Assembly: GCA_029953675.1 (NCBI GenBank)
Contig: JAMWBK010000005.1
Coordinates: 1,674,001-1,738,000, forward strand
Length of the DNA stretch: 64,000 bases
Source of the DNA: Rhodosorus marinus CCMP1338
Taxonomy: Eukaryota; Plantae; Rhodophyta
Direction: 5' to 3'
The notes below the pieces were generated by a model. It was not told the origin of the DNA, did no database searches, and was given only the letters and a program-made list of their open reading frames with translations. Positions 24,296-37,029 of the stretch are shown in pieces. Numbering within the stretch: the first letter of the stretch is position 1; each line of letters begins with the position of its first letter. The translations under genes and the position numbers were made by a program.

Positions 24296-26274
24296 CGAGC
24301 GCAGGTCGCTGCTAGATGAGAGCACACGGGAAGGACAAACTTTAGATCAACGCTTGGCAGCCCCGTATCGAAATGTCGTTGAGCCCCGCGCGTCCTGGCT
24401 GAAAGACGCGACTACAGTTCTAGGGCGGTGCCAAAGTTCGATGGGACTCACAGCCCAGCGAACACGCATGACAGTCCGCGGAGTTTGGCGGAATTTTTGA
24501 TTGCTCATTGTTGACTCTTGTCGTGAAGCGTGTTTAAACGAATCTCGATAGCGGATGTAAAACATAGTAGCCGAGAACTTGTTTTTACTCTGCTCAAGCG
24601 CAGTTCTATCTTGAAAGTATGGGAGTGAAGAACAAGCACTGTTTCTCTCGACTTTCATTTTGCGCACTACTACTACAAACCTGGGCCACCCCTTGGTGTC
24701 CATTCGTACAGCCTAGGGATTGTGAGCCGTCGTTGATGGATTTTGGCTCTGGTGCTTCGGAAACGGTGAGAGACATCTGTTTCCGACCGTTGTAAATCTG
24801 TCACGTCCTGAAGAGAGAGGTTCAGTAGCACGGGCGGAGTGTAACCTAGCACGGCCTAGCACGGCCGGAGGGCTAAATGGAGAATCGTGACAAGATTTGG
24901 CTAACCTTAGCCTATCTATATATATACCGTAACTATGACATCTCTCTCAGGGTTAGCCGTAGGAAGAAAAGGGTGAAGAACGGAGTTAGGAGGAGTTAGG
25001 AAAAAGCAGTTCAATCTGAGACAAAAAGTAAAAGCCGATTTACGAAGAAATTGAAACCAGGACAAACATCATCTGACCTCGTTTCAAAATCAATGATTCA
25101 GACAACGATCAGTCTTTTGAAGGGTGTCAGTACCTTGACAGGTGCAGAGCTTGCTTCTCTTTGGGTCTTCTTCTGCTATTGCTTCGGTTGATTGGCGGTA
25201 TGTACGATCATCTTCTTACATCGGTTGGCTGTTGATAGATTCAGACTTAGTAGAGGTTTTGGATGAAAGCGCTCCTCTAGTTCAAAACGCATCCGTGAGA
25301 TGGGAACCCCTGGCGAGTAGGTGAACAAACTTGGGCGAATCAGGGCAGCTCAGATAGGTGATGGACGTGACCTCATCTTCATTAATTCCATCAATTCTGC
25401 TTCTAGGTATAGCTTCTAAGCAGCAGTCCGCCAAGGCCGCAGTTCAACGATGAGTGAGCCTCCATCGAAACGAGGCACGCGATTCGATAAAGTATTGTCT
25501 CTGATTACAGACCACTTCGGTTTCGGATAAGGACGACGTCATCTGTTCCGCAAACTAGGAGACGGGGGCAATCACCGCAGCCAACTCCCCCCAAACCAAC
25601 CAATCAACCAACTTCAAATCGCATTTTACAAATACTAAAAGACTCAATCATTATACACCATTTTATCATCCAATATATGAAATATTTCTAATCAATTACA
25701 CCCGTTAAACTCTTTTTTCATTACTATAAACCGCTATCAATCTCTATTACAGAAAAAATTTCTTGTCGTTGGATCAATTCGTTCAAACCCAATAATTATT
25801 TCAACTATAAATAATCCACCCATCCCTCCCCACCCCCCCCCTCTAAAAAAAACACACTATGGCGTTACATTTCCAATATTTAAAAAGTATACCCCTTCCA
25901 TGAATTTCCGAAGAAAATATGGCTAACCGCCAAAAAAATCCTCCCGCCAAATCTTTTTTTCATAAAAAATCGGTTGATTTTATTTCCCAGGTTTGAATCA
26001 CGATTCGTTGATTTATTTTTATATTTTTGATGGGTTAGACGATATTGATTTTTCGGGTTAAATTTCGATCTCATATTATTTCGTTTTGTTTTTAAAAACG
26101 AGGTATGGAACGAGATGGTTTCCCATGAGGAGGAAAGAATTTTGGTCCGCTTTTGGGAGTATTTCGTTCTGAAGAGTATATATATTGGGAAAAGCAGTGG
26201 CGGCTGTTTGGGATTGTGTGTTGGGGTTTTGGGGTTAGGAGGGAGTGCTGTTGTGTGTGAGGGAGGGATCGTGA

Positions 26275-26300
26275 GTGTGTGTGTGTGTGTGTGTGTGTGT
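26275..26300 (+). repeat. (GT)13 microsatellite upstream of beta-tubulin copy 1
   Basis: Directly visible. Confidence 0.9.
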
Positions 26301-26409
26301 TTGGGTGTGGGGGACGGCGTATGATGTGGAGTGTATAAGACAGGGTAGGAAGCAACGTCTTGAGCTTTTTGTGTGTGCTTTTTTGTTTTTTGGGCTTTGG
26401 ATTGAGAGG

Positions 26410-27735
26410 ATGAGGGAAATTGTTCACATTCAGGCTGGTCAGTGTGGTAACCAGATTGGTGCTCAGTTCTGGGAGACGATCTCTTCTGAGCATGGCATTG
26501 GGTTCGATGGAGCCTACAACGGGACTAACAGTTCTCAGCTTGATCGCGTCGATGTTTACTACAATGAGGGATCCAAAGGTCGGTACGTTCCGCGTGCGAT
26601 CTTGACTGATCTCGAGCCTGGAGTGGTGGACAACATTCGATCTTCTCCCATGGGAGGCCTTTTCCGCCCGGAGAACATTGTACACGGGCAGAGTGGAGCT
26701 GGAAACAACTGGGCGAAAGGACACTACACTGAGGGTGCAGAGCTCATTGACTCCGTTCTGGATGTTGTGCGTAAGGAGGCTGAGAATTGTGACTCCCTAC
26801 AGGGATTCCAGATCACGCACTCGCTGGGAGGTGGAACTGGATCTGGAATGGGAACTCTCCTGGTGTCGAAGATCCGTGAGGAGTACCCGGACAGGCTGAT
26901 GTGCACGTACTCGGTTATGCCATCACCCAAGGTATCTGACATGGTTGTGGAGCCGTACAACTGCACGCTTGCAGTGCATCAACTCGTGGAGAACGCGGAC
27001 GCCGTGTTCTGTATTGACAATGAAGCGCTGTACACGATCTGCCAGAAAACGCTGAAGGTGAATAACCCTGACTACGGAGATCTAAACAAGCTGGTATCGA
27101 AGGTGATGAGCGGGATCACCTGCTCGCTGAGGTTCCCTGGACAACTGAACGCGGACCTGAGAAAGCTGGCTGTGAACTTGATTCCGTTCCCGCGACTGCA
27201 CTTCTTCATGATCGGATACGCTCCATTGACGCCGACCAAGTCTGTCCAGTATCGGTTATCGGACGTTGCTGACTTGACGCAGCAGATCTTCTCTGCCGGA
27301 AACATGATGGCGGCTTGCGACCCACGACAGGGGCGCTACCTGACTGCGGCGGCGTACTTCCGCGGAAAGGTTTCGACGAAGGAAGTTGAGGACCAGATGC
27401 ACAATCGGCAGGCAAAGGACTCCCCGTACTTTGTGGAGTGGATTCCGAACAACATCAAGACGTCTGTATGCGACGTTCCGTCAACGGATGCTGATGTCTC
27501 CGCGTCATTTATCGGAAACTCGACTGCGATCCAAGACCTATTCAAGCGTGTTGGAGACCAGTTCTCTGTTATGTTCCGAAGAAAGGCTTTCCTGCATTGG
27601 TTTACTGGAGAAGGAATGGACGAGATGGAGTTCACTGAAGCGGAGAGCAACATGAACGATCTGGTGTCTGAATATCAGCAATACCAGGAAGCTACTGCAG
27701 AGGAGGAGGACTTTGAGGGCGAGGAGGATTACTAG
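26410..27735 (+). CDS. TUBB: Beta-tubulin, copy 1 (441 aa, intronless)
   Basis: MREI start, GGGTGSGMG signature, [36 protein letters not shown]; ATG at 26410. Confidence 0.99.
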   Translation: MREIVHIQAGQCGNQIGAQFWETISSEHGIGFDGAYNGTNSSQLDRVDVYYNEGSKGRYVPRAILTDLEPGVVDNIRSSPMGGLFRPENIVHGQSGAGNNWAKGHYTEGAELIDSVLDVVRKEAENCDSLQGFQITHSLGGGTGSGMGTLLVSKIREEYPDRLMCTYSVMPSPKVSDMVVEPYNCTLAVHQLVENADAVFCIDNEALYTICQKTLKVNNPDYGDLNKLVSKVMSGITCSLRFPGQLNADLRKLAVNLIPFPRLHFFMIGYAPLTPTKSVQYRLSDVADLTQQIFSAGNMMAACDPRQGRYLTAAAYFRGKVSTKEVEDQMHNRQAKDSPYFVEWIPNNIKTSVCDVPSTDADVSASFIGNSTAIQDLFKRVGDQFSVMFRRKAFLHWFTGEGMDEMEFTEAESNMNDLVSEYQQYQEATAEEEDFEGEEDY

Positions 27736-28958
27736 ATATTTACAAGATACTCAAATCATAACCTAAGAAGAATTTATGTAAATTAATCACTGTCTCGTAC
27801 CGATTTACTCAGAACAAGCGCGTGCGAACCATGACGGGGTCTATTTTCAGGATGGCTTGCTCGCAATAGCTTAAACCTGAGTTCCTTGAACCCATGTCAT
27901 GCTATGACTTGAATTACTCCTAGACGCCAGCTTTTAGAACATAGTGAAAAAGCTGTCCTGGAAATACGAAATGTTGTAAGAGCTGTGGAGGGCCAGCTGA
28001 ACTGAACACGTTTCTTATATCTGATTACAAGTCTAAAGTCCGTCTTCTGCAATTTTTTATCCTAGCAAGATCTACCGAAGCAACCGGTTTATGGTGACTT
28101 GATATCCAAGGGGACGACACAATCCGCAAAACACCGCAGAAAAAGAAAACACAAAGACACACAGGATGGAACTACAGTGTCTCAGCCTCTGTCGAACAAG
28201 CAGACGAAAAGCGTACTGGATGTCAAATCTTGTCTCCACATGGGGGGACAAAAGCCATAATCACTTGTCAGCGCTTACAAGCTAGCACAGACCCTCTCAC
28301 CCACGACCAACCAGTGAAAAAACAGTCCTCCTTTCTATTCCAAATTCTCAGTTTCATTTTTGCATTGAGCAAACAAAACCCATCAATTCTACACCCCCTT
28401 TTCAAAGTTCTAATCCCCCACCACGCTCAAAAAAAAAAAAAAAAAGAGTTTTGGCGTTTCACCAATGTTCAAAATTTTACTATTTAATTAAATACCGCCA
28501 TTTTGTTTCAAGAAAACTAAACTAAATGTCTGGTTTTTGAAAGAAAACCATTTTTTATCGGTTACAAAGCGCACCTCGCTTTGCGCAGTGATTGGACAAA
28601 GAATGGTTTCTGAAATATAATTGGATACATTCAAATTTCAAATCTTTTGGGGTTTTAAATATTGACGCGAAAAAAGGGAAGGATTTTTGATTTGTTTTTT
28701 GTTTATTTTAGGGGGTGGGGAAACAGATTTTTTTTTGAGGTGTTTTTGCTGGGATTCGATGGTTTGGGAATCTGTGTGACTTTGGATAAGGTAGTGGACG
28801 GTGACGGGGGGGAGGGGGATAGATGAAGGTGGGGAGTGAGCTGGAGTAGTAAAGCTATTGCTCTTGGCATAGGGAACAAGGTTTTGCAGGAGAGCTTCCT
28901 CTTTCTTTCTTTCTTTTGGCGATCTTTTGTCTTGTTTGGTTGCATTAGACTCAAGAGG

Positions 28959-30284
28959 ATGAGGGAGATTGTGCATATTCAGGCTGGTCAGTGTGGTAAC
29001 CAGATTGGTGCTCAGTTCTGGGAGACGATTTCTGCTGAGCATGGCATTGGGTTCGATGGAGCCTACAACGGGACTAACAGTTCTCAGCTTGATCGCGTCG
29101 ATGTTTACTACAATGAGGGATCCAAAGGTCGGTACGTTCCGCGTGCGATCTTGACTGATCTCGAGCCTGGAGTGGTGGACAACATTCGATCTTCTCCCAT
29201 GGGAGGCCTTTTCCGCCCGGAGAACATTGTACACGGGCAGAGTGGAGCTGGAAACAACTGGGCGAAAGGACACTACACTGAGGGTGCAGAGCTCATTGAC
29301 TCCGTTCTGGATGTTGTGCGTAAGGAGGCTGAGAATTGTGACTCCCTACAGGGATTCCAGATCACGCACTCGCTGGGAGGTGGAACTGGATCTGGAATGG
29401 GAACTCTCCTGGTGTCGAAGATCCGTGAGGAGTACCCGGACAGGCTGATGTGCACGTACTCGGTTATGCCATCACCCAAGGTATCTGACATGGTTGTGGA
29501 GCCGTACAACTGCACGCTTGCAGTGCATCAACTCGTGGAGAACGCGGACGCCGTGTTCTGTATTGACAATGAAGCGCTGTACACGATCTGCCAGAAAACG
29601 CTGAAGGTGAATAACCCTGACTACGGAGATCTAAACAAGCTGGTATCGAAGGTGATGAGCGGGATCACCTGCTCGCTGAGGTTCCCTGGACAACTGAACG
29701 CGGACCTGAGAAAGCTGGCTGTGAACTTGATTCCGTTCCCGCGACTGCACTTCTTCATGATCGGATACGCTCCATTGACGCCGACCAAGTCTGTCCAGTA
29801 TCGGTCATCGGACGTTGCTGACTTGACGCAGCAGATCTTCTCTGCCGGAAACATGATGGCGGCTTGCGACCCACGACAGGGGCGCTACCTGACTGCGGCG
29901 GCGTACTTCCGCGGAAAGGTTTCGACGAAGGAAGTTGAGGACCAGATGCACAATCGGCAGGCAAAGGACTCCCCGTACTTTGTGGAGTGGATTCCGAACA
30001 ACATCAAGACGTCTGTATGCGACGTTCCGTCAACGGATGCTGATGTCTCCGCGTCATTTATCGGAAACTCGACTGCGATCCAAGACCTATTCAAGCGTGT
30101 TGGAGACCAGTTCTCTGTTATGTTCCGAAGAAAGGCTTTCCTGCATTGGTTTACTGGAGAAGGAATGGACGAGATGGAGTTCACCGAAGCGGAGAGCAAC
30201 ATGAACGATCTGGTGTCTGAATATCAGCAATACCAGGAAGCTACTGCAGAGGAGGAGGACTTTGAGGGCGAGGAGGACTACTGA
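28959..30284 (+). CDS. TUBB: Beta-tubulin, copy 2 (441 aa, intronless)
   Basis: Same motifs as copy 1; ATG at 28959. Differs from copy 1 at two residues (26 and 283). Confidence 0.99.
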   Translation: MREIVHIQAGQCGNQIGAQFWETISAEHGIGFDGAYNGTNSSQLDRVDVYYNEGSKGRYVPRAILTDLEPGVVDNIRSSPMGGLFRPENIVHGQSGAGNNWAKGHYTEGAELIDSVLDVVRKEAENCDSLQGFQITHSLGGGTGSGMGTLLVSKIREEYPDRLMCTYSVMPSPKVSDMVVEPYNCTLAVHQLVENADAVFCIDNEALYTICQKTLKVNNPDYGDLNKLVSKVMSGITCSLRFPGQLNADLRKLAVNLIPFPRLHFFMIGYAPLTPTKSVQYRSSDVADLTQQIFSAGNMMAACDPRQGRYLTAAAYFRGKVSTKEVEDQMHNRQAKDSPYFVEWIPNNIKTSVCDVPSTDADVSASFIGNSTAIQDLFKRVGDQFSVMFRRKAFLHWFTGEGMDEMEFTEAESNMNDLVSEYQQYQEATAEEEDFEGEEDY

Positions 30285-30752
30285 ACTCAAAACTCACGAA
30301 ATGAAGACGGGAAGGGAATCTGTGACAGATAATTGATTTCTGCTTTTTTTCCTCATTTGCCGTCTTGAGCAGTGTATTTGCTCTAAGGAAGTTGAACCTC
30401 ACCCTCCAAAAGGCAGAAAAAGAAATTGAACTAGAAGAACCCTACTCCCCCGCTCTCCTCCGAAAACCAAACCGAAAGAGCAAGAATCGCTTCTTGTTTA
30501 TGTACAGATGATCTCCTGAAAGTACCCGGCAGTTTGTAGCAGTTTGTTCAACGATGTGAGCAGAGAAAGACGCAACTGTCCTGAAAGAGAAGATGAAACC
30601 TTCCTTTTTTGAAAAGGAAAGACAACGGGAGATTTGTTTGTTTGTTATCCTCGAAACTGTCCCATCTAAACCAAAGTATACGAAAGTTACCACTTCGGCT
30701 CAGTAAACAGAAAAGAACAAAAACCGCACGGAGATACTCTGCGCGCATAGTT

Positions 30753-31308
30753 GGGCAGCACGTGATGGTCAGATGACGTGCTTGCCGTACCTTCCAGAGC
30801 GTGCACGGGGTCCCGTCAATCCTCTGAGAACACCCAGGAGGAAAGCACCACATGGCGGTCAGATCCTCTGCATGTCGTACGCGGGATGCACATTGGACAG
30901 TATCAGTCTTCAACTAATGTAGGCCATTGGGGCATTCACTAATGGTCGGTCATATGTTGCCCTTATTGTAAACCGGAGGATGCAGACTTTCCTCTATCAA
31001 TTCTCCGAAGACGTGACGGGGGAAGGCATTGCGTGATGGTCGTCAGATCCTGCGGTTACTACACATCGGATGATGTAACCGGCTGCTTATACATCCTCGA
31101 GCGATGGAGGCCAATGAGGCAGAAGATGATGGTCAGATATTGCCCTCCTCGTACCCTGGAGGATGGAGACTGGTTTCCATCTATTCTCAGAAAAAGATGC
31201 CCGGGAGGAGGGCACTACGTTATGATTCGGGGCTCTGTCTATATGGAAAACGGAAGGATGTATCCGACTTGTTACGTTCCTCCAACCATTCCTGTTAAGT
31301 TCAGATGA
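30753..31308. repeat. Degenerate ~90-93 bp tandem repeat (about 6 units), possibly a decayed repeat-protein gene
   Basis: The core (g)atggtc(gtc)agat recurs near 30764, 30853, 30942, 31035 and 31128, and more weakly near 31222. Translation gives recurring GGxHxxMVxR...SIL motifs interrupted by stops and one frameshift. Confidence 0.7.
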
Positions 31309-31816
31309 CCCGATGATAATGTCAAGTAAGGTGGAGCGAGGAATCAGCGAAGCATCCTTGACTACTATACAACCAATATCGAAGAGCGTACGTGAAAGGA
31401 AACCGCATGGTACAGCAGCTCGGCTGACCCAGCCCGGTACCGATTGCTCTGGTACTGCCGAGTGCACGTAGAGAGTGGCTTTCTGTTTTGCTGGCTACGG
31501 AAGTACTGTAGTCGCGTGCTTGCAGACGCCTCCTGGCGTCCGCTGTTCACAGCAAGTGGAAAAAAGTATCCTTGTTCTGCTGTCTGGGGATTTGAGGTCA
31601 CTCGCCCCAAATTTCGTCCTCCCAAACGGTGTAGTATTGAAAGGGCGACATCGACATGCCACACATTGGACTGGCGTTTGCGTGAAGGTCGACCGCACTA
31701 GCGGAGAGGGTGGCGGCAAGGCAATGCTGATGCGAGCAATTGTTGTTTATTGGGCACTTTTTACTATCTGTTTGTGCAAAACTGATGAGCCGTACTTGGG
31801 TCGTACCTCTACATCG

Positions 31817-31867
31817 CGATTGTCCTTGTGAAACGATTGTCCTTGTGAAACGATTGTCCTTGTGAAA
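31817..31867 (+). repeat. 17-bp perfect direct repeat x3 (cgattgtccttgtgaaa)
   Basis: Directly visible. Confidence 0.95.
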
Positions 31868-32159
31868 CACCATACACTCAAATTGCAGAAGAGTTCCTAC
31901 ATCTGCACTGAGCCTGAAATCCGCTCCGCAAACTTTTGATCTTAATAATTCGAGTGCTGAGAGATTGACTTGGTTTGAGTTGCATGCGCCACTGATTTTC
32001 GATCATCTCGCCTTGTCGGAGCTGTAACTCGCGCCAACCAGCGCTTCGGTTACCGTCCCGCCTTGACGACAGCTTTCTTTATCGGGGTATTGTTTACCGG
32101 CACACGGTGGAGCGGTTTTTTCTCCATTGAGGAGGATTGGAAAAGCCGGCGGCCTTGTC

Positions 32160-34188
32160 CTATGCTTCGCTGACAGTTTCGGGAGCCTCCTGAGTTTCTG
32201 GTGCTTCCTTTGCCCGCTCACTATTGCTCTGTTCCGGATCTGGCAGTTCCGAGACTCTGGGCACAACAGAATTGAACGTTCTCGCCGCTTTCATCATAGT
32301 GACGTCAAAGATACTCAATCCTGCGGGATACAGCTTGATTTCCTTTGTTTCATCTGAGCCAGCCGGTTTCTTGGAATCTAATCCAGCAGGCAATCCCGTC
32401 TCATTTAGGAAGTCCCGAGCGTCGGTTATGTCGTTGTTATGCGTCAGCTCCAGGACTAATCCATCCCTCGTCATAACGGCTGACAACAAGCAGCAACCAA
32501 AAAAACGAGGAGTGGTGTTCAGCAATTTATCGCATCGCAAAGATTTCAGACTTGTGATGTTGGCTGTGGTTCGGGTATTATTCTGTGCCGTGCCCACCTA
32601 TTCTCTCCTCGCTCTTGTTTTTCACCAAAACTTCCCAATCCTTTCGAAGTTCATCCTCATATATTGGAGTTTCGAAATGCTTCGCAACGTCTAACATCAG
32701 CAGATACAATTCCTTGTCCACTAACGTCCTGGTTCTCTTCAACTGGCTGTACAAAGTGCTCACATATCCAGCTCCTTTCGCTCCGTACATCTGTACAAGG
32801 AGCTTTGCTGCAGACAACGGCAAGCGCTTGTACCGAAGCCTCAACAAGGATACAATTTCCTCCACAGAATCCACGTCGCCAATCTCAATGAAATGAGACA
32901 GAAGTACCAAGTACGTTGTTACTGTGGGCTTTGGTCCAGTCTGCCTCATCGACTACAAGACAAGAAATTCACAGAACACTTAGAGGGCACCCCTGAAACT
33001 GCAGCAGAGTTTCCGTGCGTATGCCTAGATCCAGTTGTTGCCAAGATTTTGCAGAATACCTCAAATGTAAACTCCACTCTTTCCTTTAAGCCGTTTTGGG
33101 ACAACGCGTAGATGAGGGAATTCATAAGGTACGGGAGCCGGTGAACCCGATGCAGTTTCGCCTCTGCATACAGGGCGTTGACTGTCTCCATGTCCTTTCT
33201 CTCACCGTAGTAGGCAATGAGGTTACCGTAACTGTATCCAGACAGACTCAGCCCTTGCTCCTTAAGCTGCTGCTTGAATTCGCTGATTCCGGCCGAGTCT
33301 TCTCCTATACGGTTGTGGCGGTGTTTAGAGCAAAGAATGAGAGGGTTTGTAAGGGAAGGTTGGACTGTTTTCACGTCTGCTAGGTCTTTGGACGATGAAA
33401 AACTAACGGATGCACAACTCTCTGAGAATCAGATCAGCCGGTCTGCTTCGATACACAGATGTGTCGTTGAGTGAATCTCGGAAAACAAGCTTCTTCGCGT
33501 GCTCGAGATCGCCTTTCGAGATTGCAGCGACGACGGCATAAAGTTGTAAAATACTGCCACGGACGATGCTCGTTGAAGAAACTTCTTCGTATAGTTCGAA
33601 AGCCTCGTCGTGCAGATCGGCTTTGGTATAAGCGTTAATTATCCAAGCGTAGGTGAACTCATCGGGTGCAACGTGCTTTTCCTTCATTTCGTCCATGACG
33701 GTGAGCGCTCTCTCAATGTCTCCCGTTTGAGAGAGCATTTGAAGCTCCTTGTTGTAGAAGAACGTGTTCCTGGGTACTCTGTACTCAGCCATCAGAGCCT
33801 TGATCTCTTGAAGTCTGTCCAGTTCATTACGCCCTAAGGAAGTCACTAAGTTGCCAAATGTGAACCGATCTGGAACCATCTCATTGTCGAGCATCTCCTG
33901 AAAGATTTTGGTGAGCTGCGATGGCCTCTTGCCTTGCATGTAGAGGTTATAGTGGGCCACGGTGGCTTTTCCCTGATGCCGAAGCTCGTCAAAGAATCTA
34001 TCAAGGTCCCGGAACTTCTTCAGGGATCTCATCTCTAACATCACCAAAGCAGCTTGTCTGCTGGCCAACGACATTTTCTGGCTCTGCAGTCCTTTCTCCA
34101 GCGCTGGTCCCGCACTCGCGGTGCACATCCCTCTCTTGAGAGCCACCCATGTCCGAGACCTACAACCCATAGTCCCAAGACCAGCCAT
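32160..34188 (-). CDS. Pentatricopeptide-repeat (PPR) protein, probably mitochondrial; multi-exon
   Basis: 35-aa motifs (VPDRFTFGNLVTSLG; RNTFFYNKELQMLSQTGDIERALTVMDEMKEKHVAPDEFTYAWIINAYTKADLHDEAFELYEE; SGYSYGNLIAYYGERKDMETVNALY). ORFs 33403-34203, 32946-33374, 32578-32949 and 32160-32597 are collinear. The 3' boundary is approximate. Confidence 0.85.
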
Positions 34189-34714
34189 AACTCGCTCTAC
34201 CAACCCCTGCTTTCAACAAGATTCGGCTATTTGGAAAAGGAATGGTCCACTCGCAGCTTTGCGTTTTGCTCTTGGTCCCTCTGTTCAAGTTCTTTACGAA
34301 AGGTTATGCTTCTACTGAAACCCACGGAAGAAACAATGTCAATCCTACACGCAACTCTCGGACACTACCCACTCCCCAGGGCGTCAAAGCCACCCCGTCG
34401 GATCCATTTATGCCCCGTCAACAAAAAAAAAGCATGATCTTATCCTCGATGAAGAGAATCCATCAAAAACTGCCGCTTATCCGAAGATTTAAGGTTTCCA
34501 TAGATGACCAAAATCCTCCATCTGAAAGCAAAGCCACGAAAAGTTTTCCTCGCCCTCACCGCGCCTAGATTGCTAATATGCTTTTGACCCCCGTCACGTA
34601 CTCTCTCCCTCCCCCATACTGGGACAGAATCTGTCCCACCCAGCTCGACGCCCTGAAGGAGTGCCCTGGATTTCTCGTCTTGAAAGGGTGTCTATCGGGG
34701 TGACGCTCATCTTG

Positions 34715-35215
34715 TGTGGAGTTTCAGGGGTCCGGGACTCGCCGCCATACACGTCTCAACCCAACCCATTTGCTGTTCCGCTACTTGCGCTCTCAGGCGC
34801 TCGACAAGGTCGTGAAGTGGAGCGCGAAGTCCCTCTGCCTGTGGCTGGTGCTAATGGCGTTGATGCCCTGGTTGTGCAGCTGGTCACGGACCTGATGGTA
34901 TCTGATCTGGTTGCTTACCGAAGATTTGGGTTGAAAACATCCTGTTTGACCATTGACGATCCTCGCCCATTCCTTCCCGTGGTGGGACATTATTTTACAC
35001 CAAAACGCGACGCTAAATGAGAACGCCCATAGGGAATGTGACGCTAAATATATGTGGAGGTTCAGAGGGGCCGCACTCGTTATCAAACGCGGCCCAACTG
35101 TTTGCGGTTCCGCTACTTTTGCTCTCATGCGCTCGGCACGGACCGGGAAGTGGATTGCCAAGTCCCTCTGCTTGTGATCATGACCATAGTGCAGAGGATA
35201 CGGTTGGACATCCTC
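34715..35215. repeat. Diverged direct duplication, ~130-bp core with ~332-bp offset
   Basis: gttccgctactt at 34775 and 35107; agtccctctgc at 34828 and 35161; intervening and flanking bases also align. Confidence 0.8.
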
Positions 35216-35890
35216 TCATCAGTCTATAGTGCCGGAACCAGGCGATGTCGGTTTGTTTCTCCGTGCCAGAACAGGCCATTTCGACGGCATGGTTCCGAGA
35301 ACCACGGAGAGGCAGAGGCCATGGATGTTGTGGTCATTTAAGGATGAGGAGCGCGTCAACTCCACCACAGCTCTCGGGCCCTGTCCCCCTGGTAGGAATG
35401 ACCAGACATTATTTAGCGAAGAAATGATGCCCTAGTCCTATAAGTAATAAAGGTTTTATCAAAATCAAACCTCTTGTCCAGATCTGATACGGTCTAAGAC
35501 TATATCAAGAAAGTCTACCAACACAGTAAACTAGAAAGATGAATATAGATTGAATATATTTCCCTGCACGAATGAATTTCGATTATGACTTATATAGATT
35601 GCAATATATGTTTTTTATACTAAATATTGATTCATACGTTGTCGAGGGTTATCGATATAGTCGCACACGGCAGTTGTGGGGATGGACGATGCAAGTTCGT
35701 TGAGCTACTGGATATGTCTATTGCTTGGCTAGCATCTATAGATCCATCCAATCCATAAAATCTGTGCAGTCTGATATGCGGCTTGGTTTTTAGGCGATAG
35801 CTGCGGACTTGAGGTTCGGAGTTTTTTTTCTGTTTGGCTCTTTTTCGTTTGTTTCGGGCATGTTGGTCCCGAGCGGTTGATCAACGAACA

Positions 35891-36902
35891 ATGGAGGTTA
35901 AAGTTTTCGAGCGGGTGCACCCCCGAGAATACTTCAATCTGTTTTCTGAAAAAGGAATTAGACCTGATGGCAGATCTCTGACCGGGTCACGGAAGACTGC
36001 AGTACGTGTTGGTAAGGACTTTTTGGCTTCAATTAGGTTTAGGGATTGGCCCAAATCTTTTTTCCTGCCCCATAACGTGTGAACACAGCTGAATCGGTCC
36101 ATTGTATCACTTAATGATCGTAGGCTCAATACGCACGGCCCTTGGGTCTGCAATGGTGAAATGCGGGAGCACCACTATGCTATGCGGCACTACTGCGAAG
36201 GTTATCAACCCAACCGGAGCGAAAGTTGAATTCGCGCCAATAGGTAGGGCGTCGAGTGTGTTCATCGATATGTGTGTGTAAATTAATGCAATATGGGGAT
36301 CTTTTAGCTTACGCTGTCAAGCGGCTCTGTTCACTTCATGCGCGCAAGATGTAAATGTCGAACTGCTGCCGCTGTGCTCTGCGAAGTACAGACCAGGAAG
36401 GAAGCCTGAAGAAAGCTACCACCTTCAAGAACTGGTAGCTCAACACGTGCGACGGCTCGTTCAGCCTTCTTCGCTAGAGCTTGAATTCGAGGACATGATG
36501 TGGTCTTTGTCTTTAGACATCTACTGTCTGGAGGACGACGGCAATATGGACGATGCCACTCTCCTTGTCGCGATGGCGGCCTTGAAGGACACGAGGTTGC
36601 CAGAAATACTTTCAAGCGAGGAGGGCTACCATGTGACTAAGAGCAGAACAAGGACTGTTGACTTTCGAGAGTTGATTGTCCCAGTTAGCTTCGGGGTGGT
36701 CGATTCTAGAGTTGTGGTCGACCCGGATTCTTCGGAAGAAGCGTTATGCGAATCGAAGGTTACAATTTTTGTCGATGAAAAGGGAAGCTTTCGAGGGCTG
36801 TCAAAATCCGGTGGCTCAGTAACTAGCAAGGACTTGCTCTCAACGTGCTCTAAGCTCGCGGTGCAGAGAGCTCCGGCTCTATTCTCACAGCTTTCAAACT
36901 AA
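35891..36902 (+). CDS. RRP43: Exosome complex component RRP43/EXOSC8-like (RNase PH fold); multi-exon
   Basis: FERVHPREYF...GIRPDGR, SIRTALGSAMVKCGSTTMLCG, LSLDIYCLEDDGNMDDATLLVAMAALKDTRLP and PDSSEEAL. Confidence 0.87.
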
Positions 36903-37029
36903 CTTTGGCTGCAGAGAGTCCTCTTGACGGGATAGCTCTTTTAGTATGTGAATAAGTTCTAACCAAAACTATGAACAGAGGTGTGGGGCAGGGAAAGGGA
37001 ATTACGAGCCCTTGACCTGACGATACCCT

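Noticed and set aside
30774-30827. In-frame TGA codons in a Cys-rich frame as possible selenocysteine
   Set aside because: The same frame also has a TAA and a frameshift, one TGA aligns with an Arg CGA codon, and no SECIS was evident.
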